Assembly: GCA_963675495.1 (NCBI GenBank) | Contig: OY776215.1 | Location: 1,056,001-1,120,000 of the forward strand | Reading direction: 5' to 3' | Length of the DNA stretch: 64,000 nt | Source: an uncultured Methanolobus sp. | Lineage (GTDB): Archaea; Halobacteriota; Methanosarcinia; Methanosarcinales; Methanosarcinaceae | Part shown: piece after piece, positions 21,455 through 31,697 of the stretch | Layout: each line of letters begins with the position of its first letter | How positions within the stretch are numbered: the stretch's first letter is position 1 | Made by a program: the position numbers and the translations under genes | Notes under the pieces: generated by a model | The model's input: the letters and a program-made list of their open reading frames with translations, nothing else | Told to the model about the DNA's origin: nothing | Databases searched by the model: none

Positions 21455-22439
21455 GAGAATGGTAATTGAGATCGAGCTTAGCAAAGAAGCAGACTACCTC
21501 TGCGACTATACTTTCAATTTTTACTGGCACGACAAAAGTCTTGATCCCGACTCACTGATACCACATCAGAATGGTACTGAACTGACTTACAGGGACCTTG
21601 TCAATGAACTTAAGTCAGGTGGCGAGGTCCATATCAAAGGTAATGTATCAAAGAACTTTGCCTACAGTCTGGGTGCAGACCTTGGTCATTTCGGAGGAAG
21701 CGGAGAAGCTGAAAATACCGGCATGATATTCATTCAGGGAGATGTGGGTCCTGAAGCTGGTATGGGTATGATTGCCGGAGTCCTGTATATCAAAGGCAAT
21801 ATCGAATACCCAATCGGAAACATAGTGGAACTTGAATCCGACGTTCCAGATTACAGAAAATTCCGCTCGATCACAGATATTCTCTGCAACGGAATTGAAG
21901 AAGACAGACTCATAGATAATGACTATAGTGATAATGGAAGGATACTGACCCTTAAAGATGGAATTCCCAGAGGCACTGTTGCTGCAAGATGTCCGTGTAA
22001 ATCAAAGGTGATAATCGAAGGTGATGCCTACAACGGAACAGGTATGCTGGCAAAAAAAGCTACTGTGATCGTTAATGGTAATGCGGGCATGAACACAGGT
22101 TCACACCTTAACGGAGGAACTGTTGTGGTCCATGGAGACGTTGGAGAATTTGCAGGTGCTTATATGAAAGATGGGAAACTCGTGTTCCAGAGTGCTAAAG
22201 GTTTCATTGGTGCTGCAATGGAAGGTGGCTCCATCTATTCAAAAAGTAAGGCAAAGACAAGTCCCCCTGCTGCAAAGTCCAGAATGAAAGGAGAGGATAG
22301 CGCACTCATAAGAGAGCTAATGAATGCTGGAAGGGTTGAGTCAATGCTCTATAACAAGTACGAACCAGAGAAAGAAAAAGAAAAATTTGTGGAAGTCCAC
22401 ATGCGTGACGGGTCAATAGTTATGCGTAAGATCGAATGA
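21447..22439 (+). CDS. FwdC/GltB-domain-3-like GXGXG beta-helix protein
   Basis: Repeats such as IQGDVGPEAGMGM, VNGNAGMNTG, VHGDVGEFAGAYM. Confidence 0.8.
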   Translation: MDERMVIEIELSKEADYLCDYTFNFYWHDKSLDPDSLIPHQNGTELTYRDLVNELKSGGEVHIKGNVSKNFAYSLGADLGHFGGSGEAENTGMIFIQGDVGPEAGMGMIAGVLYIKGNIEYPIGNIVELESDVPDYRKFRSITDILCNGIEEDRLIDNDYSDNGRILTLKDGIPRGTVAARCPCKSKVIIEGDAYNGTGMLAKKATVIVNGNAGMNTGSHLNGGTVVVHGDVGEFAGAYMKDGKLVFQSAKGFIGAAMEGGSIYSKSKAKTSPPAAKSRMKGEDSALIRELMNAGRVESMLYNKYEPEKEKEKFVEVHMRDGSIVMRKIE

Positions 22440-22441
22440 CC

Positions 22442-24184
22442 TCACGCCTTATTCAGCATTACCCAGAAAACAGAACCTTTGCCCTGTGGATTATCTTCTA
22501 CACCAACAGTACCCTTGTGAATATCGACTATCCTTTTTACAATAGCAAGACCAAGACCAGTTCCTTTTATTCCTTTTTTGTCAGCCCTTTTGAATCTCTC
22601 AAAAATATATGGCTTCACTTCATCTGGAATCCCATCTCCTTCATCGATTACCATTATTTTCCAACTATTGTTAACATCAACAATTTCTAATTTGACCGTA
22701 CTGCCCGATGGACCATATTTAAGAGCATTGGATATCAGATTGGAAAAGACATCCTCCATTACATCGTTTATTCTGCAAGGATACGTACCTTCGATATCGA
22801 AGTCAAGCACAACATCTTTGTTTGTGAATTCTGAGGAAAAACTGTCTGCAACCTGCAACAATAAGAAACCTACATCCTTTGTTTCAAATTCCATCTCTTC
22901 ATATGATTCAAGTTTGGCAAGTTTGGCAGCAGAACCTATCATCGAGATCAAATGATCGGTGTGTTCGTTTATCAATTTGAGTTTTTCTTTTTTCTGCGAA
23001 TCGGTTTCTTCAGTGTACAAAACATCACTGAAACCCTTGATAATACTTGCCGGATTTAACAGGTCATGCCTCATGATATCGGTAAAAAGGTCCTTCAGTT
23101 TATTTGAAGTCTCAAGCTTTGATTTTTTTACCTTTTCCAACGTTAAACGTGAATGTACCTCTATAATTATGAATAACATCAAAATGAGGACCAAAATATA
23201 CCAGTGTTGCACCAGTACATCCATAAGAGATACCACACCATAATCAACGTAAGGCCCCATCCTGAGCTCTCGCATAAGTTCATCAATAGAACTATAATCT
23301 GCTGGAACGGACCATCCATTTGAAGCAAGGGCAATAGCAGGTGTACTATTTGGAGCAATCCTCAAAAGAGCAATAGAAACCTCTTTGGAAATATTATCAG
23401 GTGTAGAGCTTGTCTTTGCAAATGCCCAGTCGGGGTAAATATCTGTACTTGCCAGGAAAGGATAATCATCATATTCCTTTTGATCCAGGACTTTGACATC
23501 TTCAATATTGATCTTGCCTTCAAGAAGCATTTTTTCAAGAGTACCTGCCCTTACCGTACCGGCATCCACATCACCGTTGACAATTGCAAAAACAACATTG
23601 TCATGCGTATGGCCATATTTTAGTTCGCCAAGGTCTTTTCTGTAGTCAATTCCATTGCGCTGCAATTCTCCCATTGCAGCCAGAAATCCTCCAAAAGAAA
23701 ATTCACTTACTGCCATGAAAGATCTTCCTTTCAGGTCCTGTACAGAATTAATATCATCTCTGCTAGCATTGGCAATGATCACCCCCCCAAGACCTGAGTA
23801 TGGAGAGTTGTTCCATACAGGATGGAAAGTTGCTATCCTGCTGGCTCCATAACTGCGCTCCATTTCCACATAAAGCATGGGATTTGCATAGAAGAAATCA
23901 ACATCATCATTGCTTACAGTAAGGACAAAATCATCATAATCCAAAGGTACAATTTCAAAACTTGAATTCGGAATGTTAAGTGACAGGTAATTCGCAGTTG
24001 GAGTCCATAACTCCATTGAATTTTCCTTGTCTCCATAAACAGAAAGAACACCAATCCTGTAAGAGTTGGGTTCACAATTTATCACGGGAACAAGAATTGC
24101 ATTGATGATGAGTAAAAGCAATATCATCCTGACAAATGAACCCGATAGTTCCTTATTTATTAAGACTCCCCCGAGAAGATCCAA
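22442..24184 (-). CDS. Sensor histidine kinase with PhnD-like extracellular binding domain (TtrS/ThsS-like architecture)
   Basis: SFGGF, DAGTVRAGTLE, YPDWAF, TM helix, HDLLNP H-box, NALKY, DEGDGI, GTGLGL. Confidence 0.88.
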   Translation of the reverse strand: MDLLGGVLINKELSGSFVRMILLLLIINAILVPVINCEPNSYRIGVLSVYGDKENSMELWTPTANYLSLNIPNSSFEIVPLDYDDFVLTVSNDDVDFFYANPMLYVEMERSYGASRIATFHPVWNNSPYSGLGGVIIANASRDDINSVQDLKGRSFMAVSEFSFGGFLAAMGELQRNGIDYRKDLGELKYGHTHDNVVFAIVNGDVDAGTVRAGTLEKMLLEGKINIEDVKVLDQKEYDDYPFLASTDIYPDWAFAKTSSTPDNISKEVSIALLRIAPNSTPAIALASNGWSVPADYSSIDELMRELRMGPYVDYGVVSLMDVLVQHWYILVLILMLFIIIEVHSRLTLEKVKKSKLETSNKLKDLFTDIMRHDLLNPASIIKGFSDVLYTEETDSQKKEKLKLINEHTDHLISMIGSAAKLAKLESYEEMEFETKDVGFLLLQVADSFSSEFTNKDVVLDFDIEGTYPCRINDVMEDVFSNLISNALKYGPSGSTVKLEIVDVNNSWKIMVIDEGDGIPDEVKPYIFERFKRADKKGIKGTGLGLAIVKRIVDIHKGTVGVEDNPQGKGSVFWVMLNKA

Positions 24185-24254
24185 ATGCGCCTATGATAGT
24201 GAACATATTTATGGATATTGGAATGTTCTTTTGGCTTAAATAAAATAATGTCAA

Positions 24255-25706
24255 TTATTTTACCTCAATGAACTTCAAAAGATTTGTGCCACCTGGCTTT
24301 CCATGACCTGACACCTGTCCCTGGGTAAGAATTACCATATCTCCCGAATCCACAATACTTGCTTTATTCAGAGCATCCATGACTGTTTCCTCCCAATCAT
24401 CCACTTTCTGACGGGTAAGCACGGGATACACTGCGTATTGTATTGCAAGTTGTTCACATGTCAGAGGATAGCGGCTAAAAGCAAGTATCCAGATATCTGG
24501 CCTGAATCTTGAAATATGCCGGGGAGTCTTCCCGGAAACCGTAGGAGTAATAACATAACGTACAGACAGACTGCGAAGTGCATCATTTACCTGTATGGAT
24601 ATCATATCCTCCACACTCATATTCATTTTCTGGATAGCCTTTTTCATCATTTCAAGGCCTATTGTCGTATGATCTCTCCATTTTTCCGTGGACCTGGCGA
24701 TCCTTGCCATCATCCTCACTGTTTCAACAGGATATTTTCCTACAGCAGTTTCCGCAGAAAGCATGATTGCATCTGTCCCATCTATTATCGCATTTGCCAC
24801 ATCTGTGGCTTCAGCCCTTGTAGGCCGGATATTGCCCGTCATTGATTCAAGCATCTGTGTTGCTGTTATTACCGGAGTGCTCATTAGGTTAGCCTTATGG
24901 ATGATATCCTTTTGCACGATAGGAACGTCCTGTATTGGAATTTCAACGCCAAGATCTCCACGGGCTATCATAATGGCATTGCTCACTCTGATGATAGAGT
25001 CTATATTCTCTACAGCTTTTTCCCTTTCGATCTTTGAAACGATGAATATATCCTTGCCCTTACTTTCTGCATAGTTTCGAACCTCAATGACATCCTCTTT
25101 TGATTCTATGAAAGAAAGACAGAATATGCTCAAGCCTTCCTCAAGTCCAAAATCAATAATCTCCAAATCCCTTCCGGTTATGGGATTGATAAATAATCTG
25201 GAACCTGGTAAATTAATACCTTTTTTAGAGAAAAGAGGACCACCAACAACGACTTCACAATAGATATCTTCGCCTTCAATGTGTGTGCAATCAAGCTGAA
25301 TGAAACCATCGTTCAAATAAATAGGACTACCGGGAGTCACACTATCTGTAATCTGTTTGTACTGAACAGGAATCAGTGAATCCTTTCCAAGAACTTCACG
25401 TGAAGTAAGAACAACCTGTTGGCCTCTTTCCAGTATCATTGGCTCATTCTGGATGACGCCTACCCTTATCTTTGGACCTGGAAGGTCTGCCATTATAGCC
25501 ACTACTCTATTGAGTTCTTTGGCAATCGCCCGTATTCTTTTGATAATAGTACGATGGTCATCCATATCGCCATGAGAAAAATTCAAGCGGGCGACATTCA
25601 TTCCCTGAATGATAAGTTCCCGGAGTACTTCCTCTGAAGAAGAGGCCGGGCCAATAGTGCATACGATCTTTGTTTTATGATCAGGCAAATCCATACTTGT
25701 TCCCAC
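24255..25706 (-). CDS. pyk: Pyruvate kinase
   Basis: KTKIVCTIGPAS, ARLNFSHG, ARGDLGVE, ATQMLESM, PTRAE. Confidence 0.96.
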   Translation of the reverse strand: MGTSMDLPDHKTKIVCTIGPASSSEEVLRELIIQGMNVARLNFSHGDMDDHRTIIKRIRAIAKELNRVVAIMADLPGPKIRVGVIQNEPMILERGQQVVLTSREVLGKDSLIPVQYKQITDSVTPGSPIYLNDGFIQLDCTHIEGEDIYCEVVVGGPLFSKKGINLPGSRLFINPITGRDLEIIDFGLEEGLSIFCLSFIESKEDVIEVRNYAESKGKDIFIVSKIEREKAVENIDSIIRVSNAIMIARGDLGVEIPIQDVPIVQKDIIHKANLMSTPVITATQMLESMTGNIRPTRAEATDVANAIIDGTDAIMLSAETAVGKYPVETVRMMARIARSTEKWRDHTTIGLEMMKKAIQKMNMSVEDMISIQVNDALRSLSVRYVITPTVSGKTPRHISRFRPDIWILAFSRYPLTCEQLAIQYAVYPVLTRQKVDDWEETVMDALNKASIVDSGDMVILTQGQVSGHGKPGGTNLLKFIEVK

Positions 25707-25855
25707 CTTTGAAGATAAACAGCAATTTATTCCGTATTCCTTTATGGAACTGATTGAATTAAGGCTTATTCAGAAGTATTCAAGTCACTATATATATGAT
25801 ACATCGTTAAAAAATGTTAAGAATAAGAGAATCCAATACACAAATGGGGTTTACT

Positions 25856-28800
25856 ATGACAAATTCGATGTATGAATTAACTGAGCAGCAAAAGAAAGAA
25901 CTGACCCAGATCTTTGGAAGAGGAGTCAATTTCAAAGATAAAGAAAGACACTTTTACACACATGATGTAGGAGCATTGCCATCACTTGTGAAAAAAATAG
26001 TAGGCAAAACAAAGCCTGCTGCAATTGTTAAGGTCAAGGATGAAAAAAAGGTTATTGAACTTGTTAATTTTGCACGAAAATACAAGATCCCGATCGTACC
26101 AAGAGCAGGAGCTTCATCAGGATATGGTGGTATCATTCCTACGAAGGGAGGAATTATTGCCGACGTAACCCCAATGAGGGAAATTATCGATATTGACAAA
26201 GAGAATCTCAAGGTGACCGTAGGCGCAGGTGCAATATGGTATGACCTTGAGTCAAAACTCAATGAGGAGGGGCTGGCCGTACGGGCAGTTCCATCAAGCG
26301 CACTTTCTGCAACTGTAGGTGGATGGCTTGCACAGAATGGTGTTGGTTATGGAAGTTATGAATACGGCTGGTCACAGGATACCATGGAATCTGCAAAGGT
26401 TGTCCTGGCAAATGGTGAAATAAAAGAATTCTCAGGCGATGAACTTGGAAAGATAATCGGTACTATGGGAACTACCGGGATAATCACGCAGGTTACTCTG
26501 AAATTGAGAAAATTCGAAAAGACCGCTGCAATCTCTGCAGGATTCCCCGATGCCTCCAGCATGAAGGAAGCGATCAGGAAAGTAGAGGAGAAGAATATAC
26601 CTATATGGGCCATCTCGTTCTTGAATCCACAATGGGCTGACATGAAGAATAACGCCCCTTATAAAACACATTACGGAGAAACTGTTGATGAACACAGGCC
26701 GGAACTTCCACATTCCTACATATGTAATTTCGCCTATCCCGAGTCAAGGGATGTCAATGGCCTTGAAGATTTAATAAAGGAATCTGGCGGAGAGATACTG
26801 CCAGACGAAATTGCCGAGCATGAAACACAGGAATGGTTCAGATCCATGAAAGTAAAGAGACTTGGGCCGTCATTTATTCCTGCTGAAGTTGTGGTACCAG
26901 TTGACAAAATCGACACCATATTCAAGGAAATTGATAAGAAGATAGGACTTCCTGTACTGGTTGAGGGAATGGTGACCAAAGGAAAAGAAACCATAATGCT
27001 TTGTTTCATCCCTCACTCGGAAAGATCCTTCAAGTACAACCTTGCTTTCCCACTTGCCCTTAGCATTGTGAAGATAGCTGAGGAGAACGGTGGAAGGATA
27101 TATGCATCAGGTCTCTATTTTGCGCAACAGGCAGATAAGGTCTACAAAAAGCGCCTGCCTCTTATTGAAGAGTTTAAAAAACAGACTGATCCCGATGACA
27201 TAATGAACCCTGAGACATTGACAGGAAAAACAATGCTGAAGACCGGGCTTTCCTTTGCAAAAACCTTCGAACCTATGGCTCGTATGGTAGGCAATATGTC
27301 AGGTGTTGGTAAGCAGGAATTCAAGGATGAGAAGAAAATACCAGGCGACATCATTTCCCATGCTTACACCTGTGCACAGTGTGGATACTGTGTGAATGAG
27401 TGTGACCAATACTACGGACGTGGCTGGGAATCACAATCACCTCGTGGAAAATGGTTTTTCATTAAGGAATATCTTGCCGGAAAGATGGAGCTTGATCAGG
27501 AGCAGGTAGATACTTTCCTTGCCTGTACCACCTGTGAGATGTGTGATTACTACTGCCAGCTTGACCTTCCAATTGAGCGTTCATGGATGACACTTAGAGA
27601 GAACTTTGTCCAGAAGAGAGGCATGATGACCATACCTCCGTTTGAGATTATGGCGCAGAGTCTTGATAAGGAGAGGAACATCTGGGCAAACTACAGAGTA
27701 GACAGGGATAAGTGGCTGCCTGATGACATCAGAGCAAAGATCAAAGACAAGGCGGATATCGCATACTTTGCAGGGTGTACCGCATCCTTTGTGGAAAAGG
27801 ACGTAGCGATAGGTACTGTTCGTTTGCTTGATGAAGCAGGTATCGATTTCGCATATCTTGGTGATAAGGAATCGTGTTGTGGAATTCCGATGCTCGTTGC
27901 CGGAAAGTGGGATGTGTTCGAAAGAATCCTGAAAATGAACATTGCCAACATGCAGAAAATAGGTGCAAAGACAGTTGTTACGTCATGTCCTGCCTGTCTG
28001 CTTATGTGGAGAACTATCTATCCACAGTGGGCCGAGAAACTTGGAATGGAATTTGACATCGAAGCAAAGCACTATTCAGAAGTGCTCATGGATAAGCTGG
28101 ATGTGCTGAAGCCAAAGTTTAAGGTGCCGATCAACAAGACTATTGCATGGCATGATTCATGCCACCTGGGAAGAGCTGGTGCAGGTGTCTATGAACCTCC
28201 AAGAGAGTTACTAAAAGCGATTCCGGGAGTGAAGTTCAAAGAGATGGAGCACAACCGTGAAGAAGCTCTCTGCTGCGGTTCTGTTGTAACACTTATCGAT
28301 GAGCCGAAAGTGGCTAGCAAGATTGGAAATGTCCGTTTGCAGGAGGCTGTTGACCAGGATGCTGACATTATGGCTGCACTCTGTCCGTGCTGCCTTGTTC
28401 AGTTCAGGGTTGCTGCAAGGGATAATAATGTTGATGTGAAGATCGAGGACCTTGGAGCACTCGCAGCCCGCAGTCTTGGATATGACCTACCGGATACGAC
28501 AAACGACGCTCTTGTTGCGTGGGCGACCTTCGAGAAGATGATAGAACTGATGGAACCGGAGAACATGACCGAAATGATGGTGGAACTACTGCCTGATATG
28601 ATCGGCGCAATGCCTTCATACATGCAGGCTATGATGAAAACGGTGAAGTACGTGCCGGGTATGGATGTGCTCATGAAACCCATGATGCCAGTAATGATGC
28701 CGATGCTCATGCCGTCTTTGATGCCGAAGGTTATGCCAAAGATGCTCAAGGCTGTTGAAAAGAGAGTGCCTATGCCGGATTATATGAAAGAACAGATGCC

Positions 28801-28903
28801 TGATCTCATGCCGGATGCAATGGGTAATCTTTTGCCTAACATGCTTCCTCAGATCATACCCCTACTGACACCGGAGATGATAGCTTATATCAAGGCAAAC
28901 TGA
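25856..28903 (+). CDS. FAD-linked oxidase fused to Fe-S/CCG domains (GlcD-GlcF / D-lactate dehydrogenase-like) with Met/Pro-rich tail
   Basis: PRAGASSGYGG, ATVGGW, DPDDIMNP, two 4Fe-4S motifs, two CCG domains, C-terminal MMPMLMPSLMPKVMP repeats. Confidence 0.88.
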   Translation: MTNSMYELTEQQKKELTQIFGRGVNFKDKERHFYTHDVGALPSLVKKIVGKTKPAAIVKVKDEKKVIELVNFARKYKIPIVPRAGASSGYGGIIPTKGGIIADVTPMREIIDIDKENLKVTVGAGAIWYDLESKLNEEGLAVRAVPSSALSATVGGWLAQNGVGYGSYEYGWSQDTMESAKVVLANGEIKEFSGDELGKIIGTMGTTGIITQVTLKLRKFEKTAAISAGFPDASSMKEAIRKVEEKNIPIWAISFLNPQWADMKNNAPYKTHYGETVDEHRPELPHSYICNFAYPESRDVNGLEDLIKESGGEILPDEIAEHETQEWFRSMKVKRLGPSFIPAEVVVPVDKIDTIFKEIDKKIGLPVLVEGMVTKGKETIMLCFIPHSERSFKYNLAFPLALSIVKIAEENGGRIYASGLYFAQQADKVYKKRLPLIEEFKKQTDPDDIMNPETLTGKTMLKTGLSFAKTFEPMARMVGNMSGVGKQEFKDEKKIPGDIISHAYTCAQCGYCVNECDQYYGRGWESQSPRGKWFFIKEYLAGKMELDQEQVDTFLACTTCEMCDYYCQLDLPIERSWMTLRENFVQKRGMMTIPPFEIMAQSLDKERNIWANYRVDRDKWLPDDIRAKIKDKADIAYFAGCTASFVEKDVAIGTVRLLDEAGIDFAYLGDKESCCGIPMLVAGKWDVFERILKMNIANMQKIGAKTVVTSCPACLLMWRTIYPQWAEKLGMEFDIEAKHYSEVLMDKLDVLKPKFKVPINKTIAWHDSCHLGRAGAGVYEPPRELLKAIPGVKFKEMEHNREEALCCGSVVTLIDEPKVASKIGNVRLQEAVDQDADIMAALCPCCLVQFRVAARDNNVDVKIEDLGALAARSLGYDLPDTTNDALVAWATFEKMIELMEPENMTEMMVELLPDMIGAMPSYMQAMMKTVKYVPGMDVLMKPMMPVMMPMLMPSLMPKVMPKMLKAVEKRVPMPDYMKEQMPDLMPDAMGNLLPNMLPQIIPLLTPEMIAYIKAN

Positions 28904-28916
28904 AAGAAAGAATAAA

Positions 28917-29498
28917 TTATTTCTTCCACTGATTGGCCCTTTTGTTGTCCTCAGCAAGAAGGGCTGTTTCCTCTATTCTTTTCTTTCTTGTCTTTTCAGT
29001 TCTTGCAAGTGCTATCCACGAGAGTATATTTTTCCTGACACCATCCGGGAAATTCTGGTAATTTTCCCTGGAGTGCTCATATTTATCGAATTGATTTCCA
29101 AGATCTTCAGGAATTATCAGGTTTTCGGCATCTTTTAGTATATCCCATGAACCATACATCTTTGCCGCTTCCACAAGTTCCAGTGCGTAGTCCGTCATCC
29201 TGTTCTCATCTATTAATTTTTTAACTCTTTCTTTATTGGTTCTGGTCCATACGCTTTTTGGATTTCTGGGTGAGAACCATTGCATGCTTCTTTCATCATC
29301 AAGTTTTCGGACCTTACTATCTATCCAACCAAAGCTAAGAGCTTCCTCTACAGCGTCCTCGTACTCAATACGCGGCTTACCCGTGTGTTTTTTGTACGTG
29401 ACCAACCAGACACCATTGCTTTTCTTGTAATTGGCTTTGAGCCAATTGTGCCATTCATCCATCTTTAAAGGGTGTAACCTTCCCTTATCAGAATTCAT
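28917..29498 (-). CDS. YdeI/OmpD-associated (OmdA) family protein
   Basis: AVEEALSFGWIDS, FSPRNPKSVW, ARTEKTRKKRI. Confidence 0.88.
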   Translation of the reverse strand: MNSDKGRLHPLKMDEWHNWLKANYKKSNGVWLVTYKKHTGKPRIEYEDAVEEALSFGWIDSKVRKLDDERSMQWFSPRNPKSVWTRTNKERVKKLIDENRMTDYALELVEAAKMYGSWDILKDAENLIIPEDLGNQFDKYEHSRENYQNFPDGVRKNILSWIALARTEKTRKKRIEETALLAEDNKRANQWKK

Positions 29499-29585
29499 AA
29501 AAATATCTCACAGACCTAGAACAATTATCTTCATATGAACATTTCCAGATGCATGATATAAATATCGGGGAATTTTAGGCGCTCA

Positions 29586-29861
29586 TCACCTGAGTTGAAA
29601 TGAGACGCTTACGTTGTTACCAACTTCAATATCCTCTTTTTTTCTCACTTTTGCATTCAATGCAATGAAATGAGTTCCGTCCCCCATGGGTAAAAGTGAT
29701 GTATCCCACGAACTGCTTCCAACACTTGCTCTGATGGGTATAAGGCCTCTTTGAGCCCTGTGGAGTAGTTTTTCTGTGATTCCAATTGGAACTCTCACAT
29801 ATACCCATCCTCCTTTTTGAGGAAATAGCTCAGCCTTCCCCTCAATTTCAAAGATAGCCAT
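29586..29861 (-). CDS. DUF1905 family protein
   Basis: GGWVYVRVP, WDTSLLPMGDGTHFIALNAKVRK. Confidence 0.85.
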   Translation of the reverse strand: MAIFEIEGKAELFPQKGGWVYVRVPIGITEKLLHRAQRGLIPIRASVGSSSWDTSLLPMGDGTHFIALNAKVRKKEDIEVGNNVSVSFQLR

Positions 29862-30082
29862 AATAAGAAATTGTCATTGAGATATTTAAGTGGAACAGGA
29901 CTTCGTTCTGTAGAAACCGTGCATAAACTGACTGAGATCAAACACTAAAATTAAGTAACAGATATCCTGCAATCGATTTTTATTTGTTTATTCATTTTTC
30001 ACATTGCTTTATTGTTCTGTTGTTTTATTTCTCCTTTCCAGCAAACGTTAAGTCTAAATAGTTATGCATTATTATGCATAAC

Positions 30083-30613
30083 ATGGTACGTCCGAGAAAA
30101 AGGAGAATGGTAAACTTCGAACATGATATAAGGCACTTTAGGCCATCAGATTCCTGCATTGAAAGTATGAACGAAGTGAACATTACTATTGATGAACTGG
30201 AATCATTACGATTAAGTTATCTTGAAAATATGAAACAGGATGATGCGGCTCAGAAGATGGAAGTACATCAGTCAACTTTTCAAAGGACGCTACGCAGAAC
30301 ACTGGAGAAAATATCAGACGCTCTGGTTAATGGAAAATCAATACGAGTAGAAGGAGGAAATTATACAATGCCAGGAAAGGATGGAACAGGACCAAGAGGA
30401 CAAGGATCGGTCGGTGGGCAAGGAAGAGGTCAAAGAGGACAGGGACAAAAGCGTGGACAAAGAGGAAACCGCAACGGCAATGTACCGGTATCGACCATAC
30501 CAGCAGGACAATGTAAATGTCCTGGCTGTGGTTACGAACAAGCCCATCAACCAGGAACCCCTTGTGCCCAGAACAATTGCCCTGAATGTGGAAAGGCCAT
30601 GATCAGGAAATGA
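30083..30613 (+). CDS. DUF134 (UPF0251) DNA-binding protein with Gly/Arg-rich and Cys-rich tail
   Basis: MVRPRKRR, DELESLRL, STFQRTL, MPGKDGTGP, CKCPGCG..CPECG. Confidence 0.88.
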   Translation: MVRPRKRRMVNFEHDIRHFRPSDSCIESMNEVNITIDELESLRLSYLENMKQDDAAQKMEVHQSTFQRTLRRTLEKISDALVNGKSIRVEGGNYTMPGKDGTGPRGQGSVGGQGRGQRGQGQKRGQRGNRNGNVPVSTIPAGQCKCPGCGYEQAHQPGTPCAQNNCPECGKAMIRK

Positions 30614-30618
30614 TCTGA

Positions 30619-31599
30619 ATGAAAACAAGGATCGTCTACGGACCAATTCTTTCAAGGCGACTTGGAAGGTCACTTGGAATAGATATAATCAGAAAAGGTG
30701 AGTTCAAGAAGAACTGTAATTTCGACTGTGTCTACTGTCAGCTTGGACATGTGGATCATAAGATCTCAGACCCTTTGGAAGTTACAGGTCTTGTGAGAAC
30801 TGAAGAAGTAATTGACGCCATAACTAATTATCACAAAAAAGTAGATGACCTTGATTACATTACATTTTCAGGGACATGTGAACCTACATTGAATCTGGAA
30901 ATTGGTGATATGATCGATGAGATCAGAAAGATCAGTGATGTTCCCATTTGCGTTATAACGAATTCATCACTTGTGACCAGGGAGGATGTCAGAAACAATC
31001 TGTCAAAAGCAGATATTGTGGTTGCTACATTGGTCTCAGGAAACGAAGATACTTTCCAGTCCATCAACAGACCTGCAAAGGGAATTGAAGTTCAGGATAT
31101 CATCGAAGGACTCAAAGAATTACAGAAAATGAAAGGGGCAAAACTCGCCATAGAAGTTATGCTACTTGACTCAAATAATGGATACCTTACAAATTCAAGC
31201 GATCAAGAGGTCAATAAACTCATCGAAGTTCTCAGATCCATCGATCCGGATGAGATCGAGCTACTGACCACAAGCCGACCTCCTGCTGAAGATTTTATCA
31301 TCCCGGTAACGGAAAAAAGACTCAAGGAAATCGCACAGAAGTTTGATGAAGAACTGGGCAGGGAAAGGATCAAACTCGTACTTAAAGGCCTGAAAAGAAA
31401 AAGATCCAACATCAAACATGAAAACCTTACAAATGAAGTATATGACCTCATACTTAGAAGACCATGTACATTTAATCAAACAATACAATCTCTTGATATT
31501 GATAAAAATAATCTGCTGCCAATAATTGAAACTCTTCTCAGTGAGAAAAAGATAATAGAAATTGGCTCTGGAAAAGACTGTTATTATAGAGCAACATAA
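30619..31599 (+). CDS. Radical SAM protein
   Basis: YGPILSRRLGRSLGID, CNFDCVYCQLG (CxxxCxxC), TFSGTCEPTL. Confidence 0.92.
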   Translation: MKTRIVYGPILSRRLGRSLGIDIIRKGEFKKNCNFDCVYCQLGHVDHKISDPLEVTGLVRTEEVIDAITNYHKKVDDLDYITFSGTCEPTLNLEIGDMIDEIRKISDVPICVITNSSLVTREDVRNNLSKADIVVATLVSGNEDTFQSINRPAKGIEVQDIIEGLKELQKMKGAKLAIEVMLLDSNNGYLTNSSDQEVNKLIEVLRSIDPDEIELLTTSRPPAEDFIIPVTEKRLKEIAQKFDEELGRERIKLVLKGLKRKRSNIKHENLTNEVYDLILRRPCTFNQTIQSLDIDKNNLLPIIETLLSEKKIIEIGSGKDCYYRAT

Positions 31600-31697
31600 G
31601 TGTATTTTCTGGAAAAGTATGACACTGCTTTAAAGTGGTGTCAATATCTATTTTCATCTCAACATATTCCCCTAAAATGTGATAACAATATTTTTAA

